Positions 8,566 to 15,295 are shown, counted from the stretch's first letter. The stretch: 53,556 bases of DNA from Alphaproteobacteria bacterium (GCA_013288575.1 JABDBO010000001.1:91-53646), one strand, 5' to 3'. The notes: generated from the sequence alone by a model not told the origin. Made by a program: numbers and translations.

Positions 8566-9243
8566 ATGAGATATGCCAGCGTCAATAATGTGATGATTTC
8601 CGCCCTGGTTAGCCAGAGTTATAAGTTCCCAACTCACCAGGCGGCGCAGAACCTGTTGGAAAAATTAAAAGCCCAATTCATTCTCGCCAAAGGACATGAG
8701 GAATTGCTTCCCCAAGGCAAGTTGAAGCTATGGATTCGCGGTTTTCAACTGACCGAGGAAGAAATTAAGGAAGGCGCGCTGGGTAATTTTTGCATAGCGA
8801 CGATTGTGCAGCAAAATGATGGCAACTGCCTTATTAAATGCGAGAAGGAAAATACTCCGCCGATCAACCATCCGATGAAAAAGCGCAAAACCGCGCGCAT
8901 GCCGAATTGGGGCCATCCGACCATGCGCTATATTAAAAACGGCGGCAAGTTTGATAGATATGAAGATGCGGTTGAATCGCTTTATAATTTGCACCAGGAA
9001 TTTCCTGATACGACGATCCCGAACAAGGATAGATTGGATGTAATGGTTTATACGCGTGAAGGAAAAAAGAAACCGGAGACAAAAAAATTCCGCCTCAATT
9101 TAAAGCCAGTAGAAAATTATTTTGTAATTACGCCGGAAGAAAAAGTTGCCCGCCCGCGCGTTTCGGAAACGGAAGAAAAACCATCAGACATTATCGGCCG
9201 CTTTACAGCGCTGGCGCTAATGAAGAAGAAAAAGAAGAAATGA
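8566..9243 (+). CDS. Hypothetical protein, 225 aa, lysine-rich C-terminal tail
   Basis: Long ORF with no family that I recognise. It ends in MKKKKKK, and an alternative start lies at M10 (8593). It is followed by a hairpin at 9248-9269. Confidence 0.5.
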   Translation: MRYASVNNVMISALVSQSYKFPTHQAAQNLLEKLKAQFILAKGHEELLPQGKLKLWIRGFQLTEEEIKEGALGNFCIATIVQQNDGNCLIKCEKENTPPINHPMKKRKTARMPNWGHPTMRYIKNGGKFDRYEDAVESLYNLHQEFPDTTIPNKDRLDVMVYTREGKKKPETKKFRLNLKPVENYFVITPEEKVARPRVSETEEKPSDIIGRFTALALMKKKKKK

Positions 9244-9247
9244 AAAC

Positions 9248-9269
9248 GGGAGAGATTTTACTCTCTCCC
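9248..9269. terminator. Bidirectional hairpin GGGAGAGA-ttttac-TCTCTCCC
   Basis: 8-bp perfect stem. On the minus strand it is followed by GTTTTCA, which fits a terminator for the 95-aa ORF. On the plus strand it lies 5 nt after the stop of the 225-aa ORF. Confidence 0.6.
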
Positions 9270-9318
9270 ATCTTCTGCAGCGCCGTCCCGTTGGGACGCT
9301 GAAAAACTTCACTTACCC

Positions 9319-9606
9319 TTACCCTGGTATGTGTGTGAACGCAAACCAGGATGTGCAGCCAAATAATGCGACCATGGTCGCATTTAAGGCTATCCATCCA
9401 CCTTCCCATTTCTCGCCAGAACAGCTAAGGATAAGAAATCCTAAGGCTGCTACTCCCGAAGATATTCCAATTTTTATAACACTTACCTGGTTATATGGCA
9501 TGGACAATGCTATTATTAATAGGGCCAGCCCGGCCCCTATTATTGCTATCGCACCTCCTAGGGTACGGCGGATTCTTTTTGGATCAAACAGGTTTTCGTA
9601 ACTCAT
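9319..9606 (-). CDS. Small membrane protein, 95 aa, about 3 predicted TM helices (cassette 1)
   Basis: ATG at 9606 (MSYENLFDPKRIRR...). The hydrophobic stretches are GGAIAIIGAGLALLIIAL, IGISSGVAALGFLILS and MVALFGCTSWFAF. A conserved leader precedes it and a terminator follows. No SD is visible. Confidence 0.5.
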   Translation of the reverse strand: MSYENLFDPKRIRRTLGGAIAIIGAGLALLIIALSMPYNQVSVIKIGISSGVAALGFLILSCSGEKWEGGWIALNATMVALFGCTSWFAFTHIPG

Positions 9607-9698
9607 GATGTTTTGTTTATTAATTGTAACTCGGGATGAGTCACAAGAAGAATCTATACAATACAATAGATTTTGGAATTCGTACGATAAATTTTGAG
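9607..9698 (-). promoter_or_regulatory. Conserved leader, copy 1 (most diverged)
   Basis: On the minus strand it reads CTCAAAATTTATCGTACGAATTCC...GTTACAATTAATAAAC...ATG. It shares the 20-nt core and the ACAATTAA block with copy 2. Confidence 0.5.
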
Positions 9699-9720
9699 GC
9701 TCAATAAAAAGTATCGGCGA

Positions 9721-9741
9721 GGGGAAGCTTTCGCAACCCCC
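9721..9741 (-). terminator. Weak hairpin after the 60-aa ORF (GGGG-AA-GC tttc GC-AA-CCCC)
   Basis: The stem is interrupted by an AA/AA internal loop. The T-run on the minus strand begins about 10 nt downstream, so this is a lower-quality terminator. Confidence 0.35.
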
Positions 9742-9756
9742 ACACCAATGACAGGC

Positions 9757-9939
9757 CTACACTATGGTAGGCTTGCTAGCTTTTCGTTTTTGTCGCCAAT
9801 CATAAATGGCAGCAACCGCTATAGCCAGCATAGCGATGCCGAATATGATCATGACATTCCGCTGCGGGGCGGTTAGCAGATATCCAAGCAGGCACAGCAG
9901 AATTATTCCAACGATTTTAGCTACTTTTTCTTTCATCAT
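9757..9939 (-). CDS. Small membrane protein, 60 aa, 2 predicted TM helices (cassette 2)
   Basis: The peptide is MMKEKVAKIVGIILLCLLGYLLTAPQRNVMIIFGIAMLAIAVAAIYDWRQKRK, with a positively charged tail. It has its own conserved leader. Confidence 0.5.
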   Translation of the reverse strand: MMKEKVAKIVGIILLCLLGYLLTAPQRNVMIIFGIAMLAIAVAAIYDWRQKRKASKPTIV

Positions 9940-10030
9940 AAGAGTTAATTGTAATCGCTTTCCAAAATGGATGCGAGAAGAGCCTGCAATATAGCAGAAG
10001 ACTGCGAAATTCGTATGATAAATTTTGTGA
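9940..10030 (-). promoter_or_regulatory. Conserved leader, copy 2
   Basis: On the minus strand it reads TCACAAAATTTATCATACGAATTTCGCAGTCTTCTGCTATATTGCAGG...TTTTGGAAAGCGATTACAATTAACTCTT-ATG. By eye it is roughly three-quarters identical to copy 3. Confidence 0.6.
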
Positions 10031-10038
10031 AATCATAT

Positions 10039-10075
10039 AAAAAGGCGGGGGAGATATGTAAATCTCCTTCCCGCC
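10039..10075 (-). terminator. Rho-independent terminator after the 44-aa ORF
   Basis: On the minus strand, GGCGGGAAGGAGAT-ttacat-ATCTCCCCCGCC is followed by TTTTT. Confidence 0.75.
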
Positions 10076-10116
10076 TCATGGGCAACGCAACCGGTCGGCG
10101 CGCTGCTAGACCAAAA

Positions 10117-10251
10117 TTACCAGTGCATGTTCGCAATGGATGATGAATCCACCATACCTTTGAGTACGGCGGCCACAAATATCACGAATCCACCTATTAA
10201 GAAAAATCCAAGGAGACAACCCATGGGTTCTTCTTTTTTATCATTAGCCAT
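10117..10251 (-). CDS. Small hydrophobic peptide, 44 aa, 1 predicted TM helix (cassette 3; below ORF-track cutoff)
   Basis: I translated it by hand as MANDKKEEPMGCLLGFFLIGGFVIFVAAVLKGMVDSSSIANMHW*. A conserved leader precedes it and a strong terminator follows. No SD is visible. Confidence 0.45.
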   Translation of the reverse strand: MANDKKEEPMGCLLGFFLIGGFVIFVAAVLKGMVDSSSIANMHW

Positions 10252-10340
10252 ATTTTTTCAATCGCGTTCCAGAATTGAAGGCGAGTAGAAGCACATAATA
10301 TAGCAGAAATCAGTGAAATTCGTATGATAAATCTTGCGAA
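10252..10340 (-). promoter_or_regulatory. Conserved leader, copy 3
   Basis: On the minus strand it reads TTCGCAAGATTTATCATACGAATTTCACTGATTTCTGCTATATTATGTGC...TTCTGGAACGCGATTGAAAAAAT-ATG. Confidence 0.6.
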
Positions 10341-10345
10341 GTTAC

Positions 10346-10375
10346 AAAAAAAAGCGGAAGCCCGAAGGCCTCCGC
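10346..10375 (-). terminator. Rho-independent terminator after the 39-aa ORF
   Basis: On the minus strand, GCGGAGGCC-ttcg-GGCTTCCGC is followed by TTTTTTTT. Confidence 0.8.
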
Positions 10376-10424
10376 TTTGTGCAGCTCCACCGTATCGGCG
10401 GTGCTGCTTGAACTGATACTACTG

Positions 10425-10544
10425 CTACTGTCCCTTTCCCTTCCGGGCTAGCGCCATGCCGAGTAAGCACGACGCGGCCAGGAACGCCATAAAATATCCC
10501 ACCCAAGGGGTGGTGGCGACGATTGGTTCAGAATTTTCGTTCAT
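10425..10544 (-). CDS. Small hydrophobic peptide, 39 aa, 1 predicted TM helix (cassette 4; below ORF-track cutoff)
   Basis: I translated it by hand as MNENSEPIVATTPWVGYFMAFLAASCLLGMALARKGKGQ*. A strong terminator follows. The upstream region shares only a GCTATAGT-type block with the other leaders. Confidence 0.4.
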   Translation of the reverse strand: MNENSEPIVATTPWVGYFMAFLAASCLLGMALARKGKGQ

Positions 10545-10679
10545 AGGGTTAACACGTAGAGACCATGGTTGGATGGTCAAGGTGCCTAAACTATAGCAAT
10601 GCTGTTGAGGATTTGCATTATAATATTTTAAGGATTGGCGTGAATTTACTGCGGGTAAAAAGAAGTGAGGGAATCGGAA

Positions 10680-11699
10680 TTACAAATCCGCATCATTCTC
10701 GCTTGAGAAGCCGATTTCATCAATAATTCGCTGATTTATATTGGCTTTTGCCAGGTGAATTGCGACATCGATTGCATTGGCAAAGCCAACATGGTCCATT
10801 CCGCCGTGACTTTTTACGATAATTCCGTTTAAGCCCAAAAACATCGCGCCGTTATGCGCGCGCGGATCGATTTTTTTGAAAATACTTTTTAGCGCAGGTT
10901 TTGCCATCATGCTGCCGACTTTGGCAAAGATCGATGAAGTTAAACCCATCTTGATATATTCACCGCAAAGTTTGGCGACACCTTCGGCGGTTTTGAGTGC
11001 GATGTTGCCGGTGAATCCATCAGTGACGATAATATCAACTGTGCCGGTGGCGATATCATTGCCTTCGATGAAGCCAACATATTTAATTGGGATTTGTGTG
11101 GTTTGCAGCATCTCAGAAGCTTGGCGGACTGAATCCACCCCTTTGCCAGCTTCGGAACCGATATTGAGCAAACCAATTGTCGGCTCTTTTTTGCCAAGCA
11201 GCGCAACGCCGAAAGCTTCACCCATAATTGCGAATTGGAAAAGGTTTTCTGCCGTGCATTCAGGATTTGCTCCCAGATCAAGCATAACGGCTTGGCCTTT
11301 ACGAGTTGGGAAAAGTGAGCAGATAGCAGGACGGTCAATGCCGGGCAGGGTGCGAAGCGCAATTTTTGCCATCGCCATTAACGCGCCAGTGTTGCCGCCG
11401 GAAACGCAAGCATCGGCAATTTTTTCTTTAACCGTATTGATTGCCAATTGCATTGAAGAATTTTTGCCTTGGCGAAGCGCAATCGAGGGTTTATCTTCAT
11501 TGGTTACCACATCAGTGGTATGGATGATTTGTGAGCGCTGCTCTAACTTGTGATGTTTGTGGAGAAGCGGCCGGATTTCAGATTCATTGCCGACTAGCAA
11601 AAATTCCAGATCAGGGTTTCGCGAAAGCGCAAAATTGGCGCCGCGGATAACGGCCTTTGGAGCATAATCTCCGCCCATGGCATCAAGCGCGATTTTCAT
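10680..11699 (-). CDS. plsX: Phosphate acyltransferase PlsX
   Basis: 339 aa starting MKIALDAMGGDYAP, with the SGGNTGA motif. It lies downstream of rpmF, as in the conserved rpmF-plsX arrangement. Confidence 0.95.
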   Translation of the reverse strand: MKIALDAMGGDYAPKAVIRGANFALSRNPDLEFLLVGNESEIRPLLHKHHKLEQRSQIIHTTDVVTNEDKPSIALRQGKNSSMQLAINTVKEKIADACVSGGNTGALMAMAKIALRTLPGIDRPAICSLFPTRKGQAVMLDLGANPECTAENLFQFAIMGEAFGVALLGKKEPTIGLLNIGSEAGKGVDSVRQASEMLQTTQIPIKYVGFIEGNDIATGTVDIIVTDGFTGNIALKTAEGVAKLCGEYIKMGLTSSIFAKVGSMMAKPALKSIFKKIDPRAHNGAMFLGLNGIIVKSHGGMDHVGFANAIDVAIHLAKANINQRIIDEIGFSSENDADL

Positions 11700-11729
11700 A
11701 TTAAACCTCGTAAAAGATTTTCGATGGGC

Positions 11730-11811
11730 GATTTCGTTGTTAATTCTGTGCTCAAAGCGCTCACGTATGCTAAATACGTTCGGCTTCTGTGCGCAGAATT
11801 GCCTAGAAATC
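11730..11811. repeat. ~82-nt nested palindrome (repeat family copy E2) in the rpmF-plsX intercistronic region
   Basis: The arms are GATTTC/GAAATC and AATTCTG(T)GC/GC(G)CAGAATT, around a central hairpin ACGTAT-GCTAA-ATACGT. Its architecture is shared with E1, with compensatory substitutions in the stems. Confidence 0.65.
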
Positions 11812-11873
11812 TCCTCATGTAAAACCTTTTAGTTTTGGAGTATTAGCCTTAAGTCTTAAAAAAACTTGTAGCC

Positions 11874-12068
11874 TTATGCTTGCGCTGAACCTTTTTCGAG
11901 CACATTGCGGCCATTGTAGAAGCCGTCTTTGCTTACATGGTGCGGGCGTTTGAGTTCGCCAGTTGTTGAATCTTCAACGTAACCAACTGTTTTTTTAGCA
12001 TGTTTCATGTTGGCTGATTTTCTCATGCCGGTACGTGATTTCGATTTCTTCCGCTTAGGAACTGCCAT
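11874..12068 (-). CDS. rpmF: 50S ribosomal protein L32
   Basis: 64 aa starting [18 protein letters not shown], the typical L32 N-terminus. Confidence 0.95.
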   Translation of the reverse strand: MAVPKRKKSKSRTGMRKSANMKHAKKTVGYVEDSTTGELKRPHHVSKDGFYNGRNVLEKGSAQA

Positions 12069-12128
12069 TTGAGCCTCTTTTTGTAATTTGGAGCGCGGTT
12101 TCTAGCATGACGCTTAATGAAAGGCAAG

Positions 12129-12233
12129 AGGTTTTAGGGCCTAGGTTCGAGGTGCTAGGTTCTAGGGATTGACTATTACAAACATTAATATAAATTCCGC
12201 TCCCTAAAACCTCGAACCTAGGCCCTAAAACCT
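12129..12233. repeat. 105-nt element with perfect 25-bp terminal inverted repeats built from 14-nt tandem units
   Basis: The left arm AGGTTTTAGGGCCTAGGTTCGAGGT (12129-12153) is the exact reverse complement of 12209-12233. Three tandem 14-mers of the form AGGTTnnAGGnnnT fill 12129-12170. The element ends 6 nt before tRNA-Val. Confidence 0.75.
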
Positions 12234-12239
12234 AGCAGA

Positions 12240-12316
12240 GGGCGGTTAGCTCAGTTGGTTAGAGCGCTACGTTGACATCGTAGAGGTCGGAGGTTCGAGT
12301 CCTCTACCGCCCACCA
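12240..12316 (+). tRNA. tRNA-Val (anticodon GAC), CCA encoded
   Basis: I folded the cloverleaf by hand. The acceptor is GGGCGGT/ACCGCCC and the D-arm is GCTC-AGTTGGTTA-GAGC. The anticodon arm is CTACG-TTGACAT-CGTAG and the T-arm is GGAGG-TTCGAGT-CCTCT. The discriminator is A and the total length is 77 nt. Confidence 0.93.
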
Positions 12317-12502
12317 TTTATGGAAATTCCCGTCAAAATAGCAATTTAGCAGCGCTGTTTCAAACAGCGGTTGAGTGCCCTAAAAAACTTTTTTCTCTTA
12401 TTTGGAAGGGCCAAATTGCAATGTGTTTGGCTAACATTTTGGTTAATTTCGCCTTAATCAGTTGGGCATAAAGTTGGGATATATCCAACGAAGGCTATAT
12501 TT

Positions 12503-12979
12503 ATGATTTTACAAATTGAGAAAACCAACCATATCAAAGCATCAAAAGATGCAGAAATTGCTCCCAACCCAATTGATATAGTTCTGGCTGAAGATAGTAT
12601 AGGCGACCAGTGCTTAACTGAAATTGCTTTGAAGAAAACTAATATCCCGCATTACTTGACCACTTATCGTAATGGAGATTTGTTATTGCCGGCATTGGTT
12701 GAACAACGCGAACAAAATAAGAAATTATTACCTGATTTGCTTCTTTTGGATATTGGCTTACCTGGCAGGAATGGTATTGATATATTGGCAGAACTCGCGC
12801 AATCTTCTCCTTCAATTAGATCAATTCCCATTGTCATTCTTACTAATTATTCTGACCTAGAATATATTTGCAGCAAACAGAATAATCTTTTCATAGTGAG
12901 TTATTTGCGCAAACCTTGTGACCCGGCGATTTTGAAAATTATAATGGAAAATATCAGGCGCTATAAATTTCCAAATTAA
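12503..12979 (+). CDS. Single-domain response regulator (CheY-like receiver)
   Basis: DIVLAEDS acidic pocket, the phospho-acceptor context LLLLDIGLPGRNG, IVILT and YLRKP (conserved Lys). There is no output domain. Confidence 0.8.
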   Translation: MILQIEKTNHIKASKDAEIAPNPIDIVLAEDSIGDQCLTEIALKKTNIPHYLTTYRNGDLLLPALVEQREQNKKLLPDLLLLDIGLPGRNGIDILAELAQSSPSIRSIPIVILTNYSDLEYICSKQNNLFIVSYLRKPCDPAILKIIMENIRRYKFPN

Positions 12980-13030
12980 AGTTAGGGCCAGATACCTTCC
13001 AGCCCTTAGGAACTTTATATTCCGGCTAGT

Positions 13031-13642
13031 TTAAGCGATAATGCTTAACAGCGTATTTGAGTTTGCTGCGGCCGCAGTTCCAGCATTAAGCAGTGAACTC
13101 AGCATATTTGATAAAATGCTGGTGTTGCCATTCGCTGCAGATGCGGATGCAGGGGTGCTCACGCTACTTGCGCTTGCATCAGTTGTGCTATCAACCGGAT
13201 CCAGATTTAAAGGATCGTTAGGATCATTACTAGTATCGGTGGCATCAGCTTTATGATGGCCGCCGCCGTGGTGATGACCTTTAACTTTGCTAGTATCTGG
13301 AAGGCTGGTGTTGCCAGCATTGGCAACAGCGGTATTGACATCAGTTGAGGGATCTGACGCCGACGAAGCTTGCGATGATTGCATCTTCGCCTGGATATAG
13401 CCCGTCACTTTCGAAAAGTTGATGCTGCCGTCTTGATTGGTGACAGCATCAGCCGCATCACTACCGAATTCCTGGCTGAAGTTGCTCAAGAATTGCTGGG
13501 TATTGATTTGGCCAGTTCCGTAAGTGCTTTGCGAGCTTTGACTTTGCTGTAAAATCGAACTTGATACAGGTTGGGCAGCGCTCATAACGCTGTTACTATA
13601 AACGTTCGGATTCCACAGTGAGGATATGCTAGATATACTCAT
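13031..13642 (-). CDS. Hypothetical S/T/N/Q-rich low-complexity protein, 203 aa, with a His/Gly cluster
   Basis: ATG at 13642 lies 7 nt after an AGGAG SD. No signal peptide is evident, and there is a KGHHHGGGHHK motif. The longer 249-aa track ORF overlaps the permease gene and lacks an SD. Confidence 0.55.
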   Translation of the reverse strand: MSISSISSLWNPNVYSNSVMSAAQPVSSSILQQSQSSQSTYGTGQINTQQFLSNFSQEFGSDAADAVTNQDGSINFSKVTGYIQAKMQSSQASSASDPSTDVNTAVANAGNTSLPDTSKVKGHHHGGGHHKADATDTSNDPNDPLNLDPVDSTTDASASSVSTPASASAANGNTSILSNMLSSLLNAGTAAAANSNTLLSIIA

Positions 13643-13748
13643 TGGTTGGCTCCTTTTTAGGTTAAAACGGGTATAGCGCACCGAAATGCGCAAAACCCAG
13701 GATTTTAGGAGCAAGATATGTGCCGGGCCAAGGCTAACTGCGGGTTTG

Positions 13749-14552
13749 CTAACTGACGCTCTCAGCGCTGTAGCGGGCAATTAGGCCGGTTTTTAGGGCG
13801 TGGTTGTAAATCTTAACGAAACACCAACAGGCGAGCATTATATATATAAGCGCAAGGGCGGCGGCGATTATAAGTGACTGAATTGAAATTCCATTTCCGG
13901 CAATAATTGAGCGCATATTTTCAAACACATATGATGGCGGAAAAATATGGGCAACAGCCTGCATCCATGAAGGCAAAGTTGAGAGCGGGTAAAACACGCC
14001 GACAAATGGCGCAATCACCGCCGGAATCGGCCAGACAAACCATTCTGAACTTGGGCCATAACGCAGCATTATCGCACAGCCGAAGATCCCCAAGCTAATG
14101 CTGAACAGAACAATCACTAATATGAATGGAATTATCATCACGCCATAAATTAACATCGACAGGCCGAACACTCCCATCGCAAGAATCAACATAACAACCA
14201 GCCCGAACATGCTGGTGGTAATTCCCGTCAAAACTAACCCGCTCAAATATTCCGATACACGCATCGGCGAGGCGAAGAGGTTTAAAAAATTGCGGCTCCA
14301 GCTATCTTCCATAAACGCCATGCTAGTGCCGTGCATAACACGCACCATAAATTCCCAAACCAAAACTGTGCCAAGTACCATCGGCACGAAATTCATATTG
14401 GTATGAGTAAATTCATTGAGGAATTTTGTCATAAAACCCCAGATGACGATGTCAATTGCCTGCCAGATAAAAAGCGGAATAACGCGCGTGACGCTGCCGC
14501 GAATAAGATAAAACTGGCGAAGCATAAGCGCGGTGATGCGGGATGTTTTCAT
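13749..14552 (-). CDS. ABC-2 type transporter permease
   Basis: 267 aa with about 6 TM helices. Its start overlaps the stop of the ATPase gene (TAATG). It shows the typical ABC-2 exporter pairing. Confidence 0.8.
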   Translation of the reverse strand: MKTSRITALMLRQFYLIRGSVTRVIPLFIWQAIDIVIWGFMTKFLNEFTHTNMNFVPMVLGTVLVWEFMVRVMHGTSMAFMEDSWSRNFLNLFASPMRVSEYLSGLVLTGITTSMFGLVVMLILAMGVFGLSMLIYGVMIIPFILVIVLFSISLGIFGCAIMLRYGPSSEWFVWPIPAVIAPFVGVFYPLSTLPSWMQAVAHIFPPSYVFENMRSIIAGNGISIQSLIIAAALALIYIMLACWCFVKIYNHALKTGLIARYSAESVS

Positions 14553-15295
14553 TATTTTTCCTCCAGCTTTAAAGGTTCACGCGCAACTGTAATGAATAAT
14601 TCTTCTAGTGTGGTTTTTCCATGTTCGGCCGGTAAAGTTTTCGGATTGCCTTCAAGCAAAATTTTTCCTTTCGACATAAAAAGAACGCGGTCACAAACTT
14701 CCTGAACTTCATACATATTATGCGAAGTCCACAAAACCCCGCTCTCGCCATGCGCAGCAAAACCACGGATTTTTTCTCTGATATCTTTGGCAGTAGATGG
14801 GTCAAGCGAAGCGGTCGGTTCATCAAGCAATAACAATTTGGGATTATTGAGCGCAGCTTTGGCCAGCGACACGCGCGTTTGTTCACCCGATGATAATACG
14901 CCGCATCGCGTATCACGAAATTTTACGAGGTCATACTCTGCGAGTAATTCTTCAATCCGTATTTTCAAATTCTTTACGCAATAAATTTTGCCAAAAACTT
15001 TTAAGTTTTGCGTAACAGTAAGATTGCCGGGTAGCGGCGCATAAACGGCCGCAAAATTGGTTTGCTCTAAAGCAGCCGAGCGTTGTTTGGCGATATCAAT
15101 CCCATTTATATAAATCACGCCCGAGGTGGGTTTGAGCACTCCCAAAACCATATTGATAGTGGTGGTTTTACCCGCTCCATTTGGCCCTAAGAGCCCAACG
15201 ATTTCACCTTTTTTTACTGAAAATGAAATACTTTCCACTGCTGTATTAGAGCCATAGATTTTCTGCACATTGTTGAGAGAGAGTATGTCTGACAT
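14552..15295 (-). CDS. ABC transporter ATP-binding protein
   Basis: Walker A GPNGAGKTT, signature LSSGEQTRV and Walker B LLLLDEP. Confidence 0.92.
   Translation of the reverse strand: MSDILSLNNVQKIYGSNTAVESISFSVKKGEIVGLLGPNGAGKTTTINMVLGVLKPTSGVIYINGIDIAKQRSAALEQTNFAAVYAPLPGNLTVTQNLKVFGKIYCVKNLKIRIEELLAEYDLVKFRDTRCGVLSSGEQTRVSLAKAALNNPKLLLLDEPTASLDPSTAKDIREKIRGFAAHGESGVLWTSHNMYEVQEVCDRVLFMSKGKILLEGNPKTLPAEHGKTTLEELFITVAREPLKLEEK

Noticed and set aside
9329-10178. Track ORFs in the cassette region that conflict with my small-ORF calls (9329-9601 +, 9694-9876 +, 9806-9994 +, 9945-10178 -)
   Set aside because: These ORFs run through the terminator hairpins or conserved leaders, or lie antisense to the hydrophobic ORFs. 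They also lack the leader-ORF-terminator organisation. I prefer the minus-strand hydrophobic ORFs, although only with moderate confidence.
10257-10274. Sigma54-like TGGAAC-N-TTGA in the conserved leaders (minus strand, copies 2 and 3)
   Set aside because: The GG-to-TTG spacing is one nucleotide short of the -24/-12 consensus. The -12 GC is missing in copy 2. The element also lies too close to the ATG.
10876-11553. 225-aa plus-strand ORF (and the 140-aa minus-strand ORF at 10940-11362) inside plsX
   Set aside because: These ORFs lie antisense or out of frame to an unambiguous plsX gene. They have a low-complexity A/S/P-rich translation, no SD and no recognisable family. They are typical shadow ORFs.
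12129-12233. The inverted-repeat element as an autonomous IS or an integrative-element att site at tRNA-Val
   Set aside because: There is no transposase or integrase ORF anywhere nearby. The element is upstream (5') of the tRNA rather than at its 3' end, and no duplicated tRNA 3' fragment is seen. At most it is a non-autonomous repeat.
12443-12458. CtrA-box-like TTAA-N7-TTAAT upstream of the response regulator gene
   Set aside because: It is a single site that deviates from TTAA-N7-TTAAC. Such matches are expected by chance in AT-rich intergenic DNA, and nothing else supports it.
13643-13780. N-terminal 46-codon extension of the S/T-rich ORF (track start 13780)
   Set aside because: The extension overlaps the 3' end of the ABC-2 permease gene and has no SD. 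The ATG at 13642 has a strong AGGAG SD at optimal spacing.
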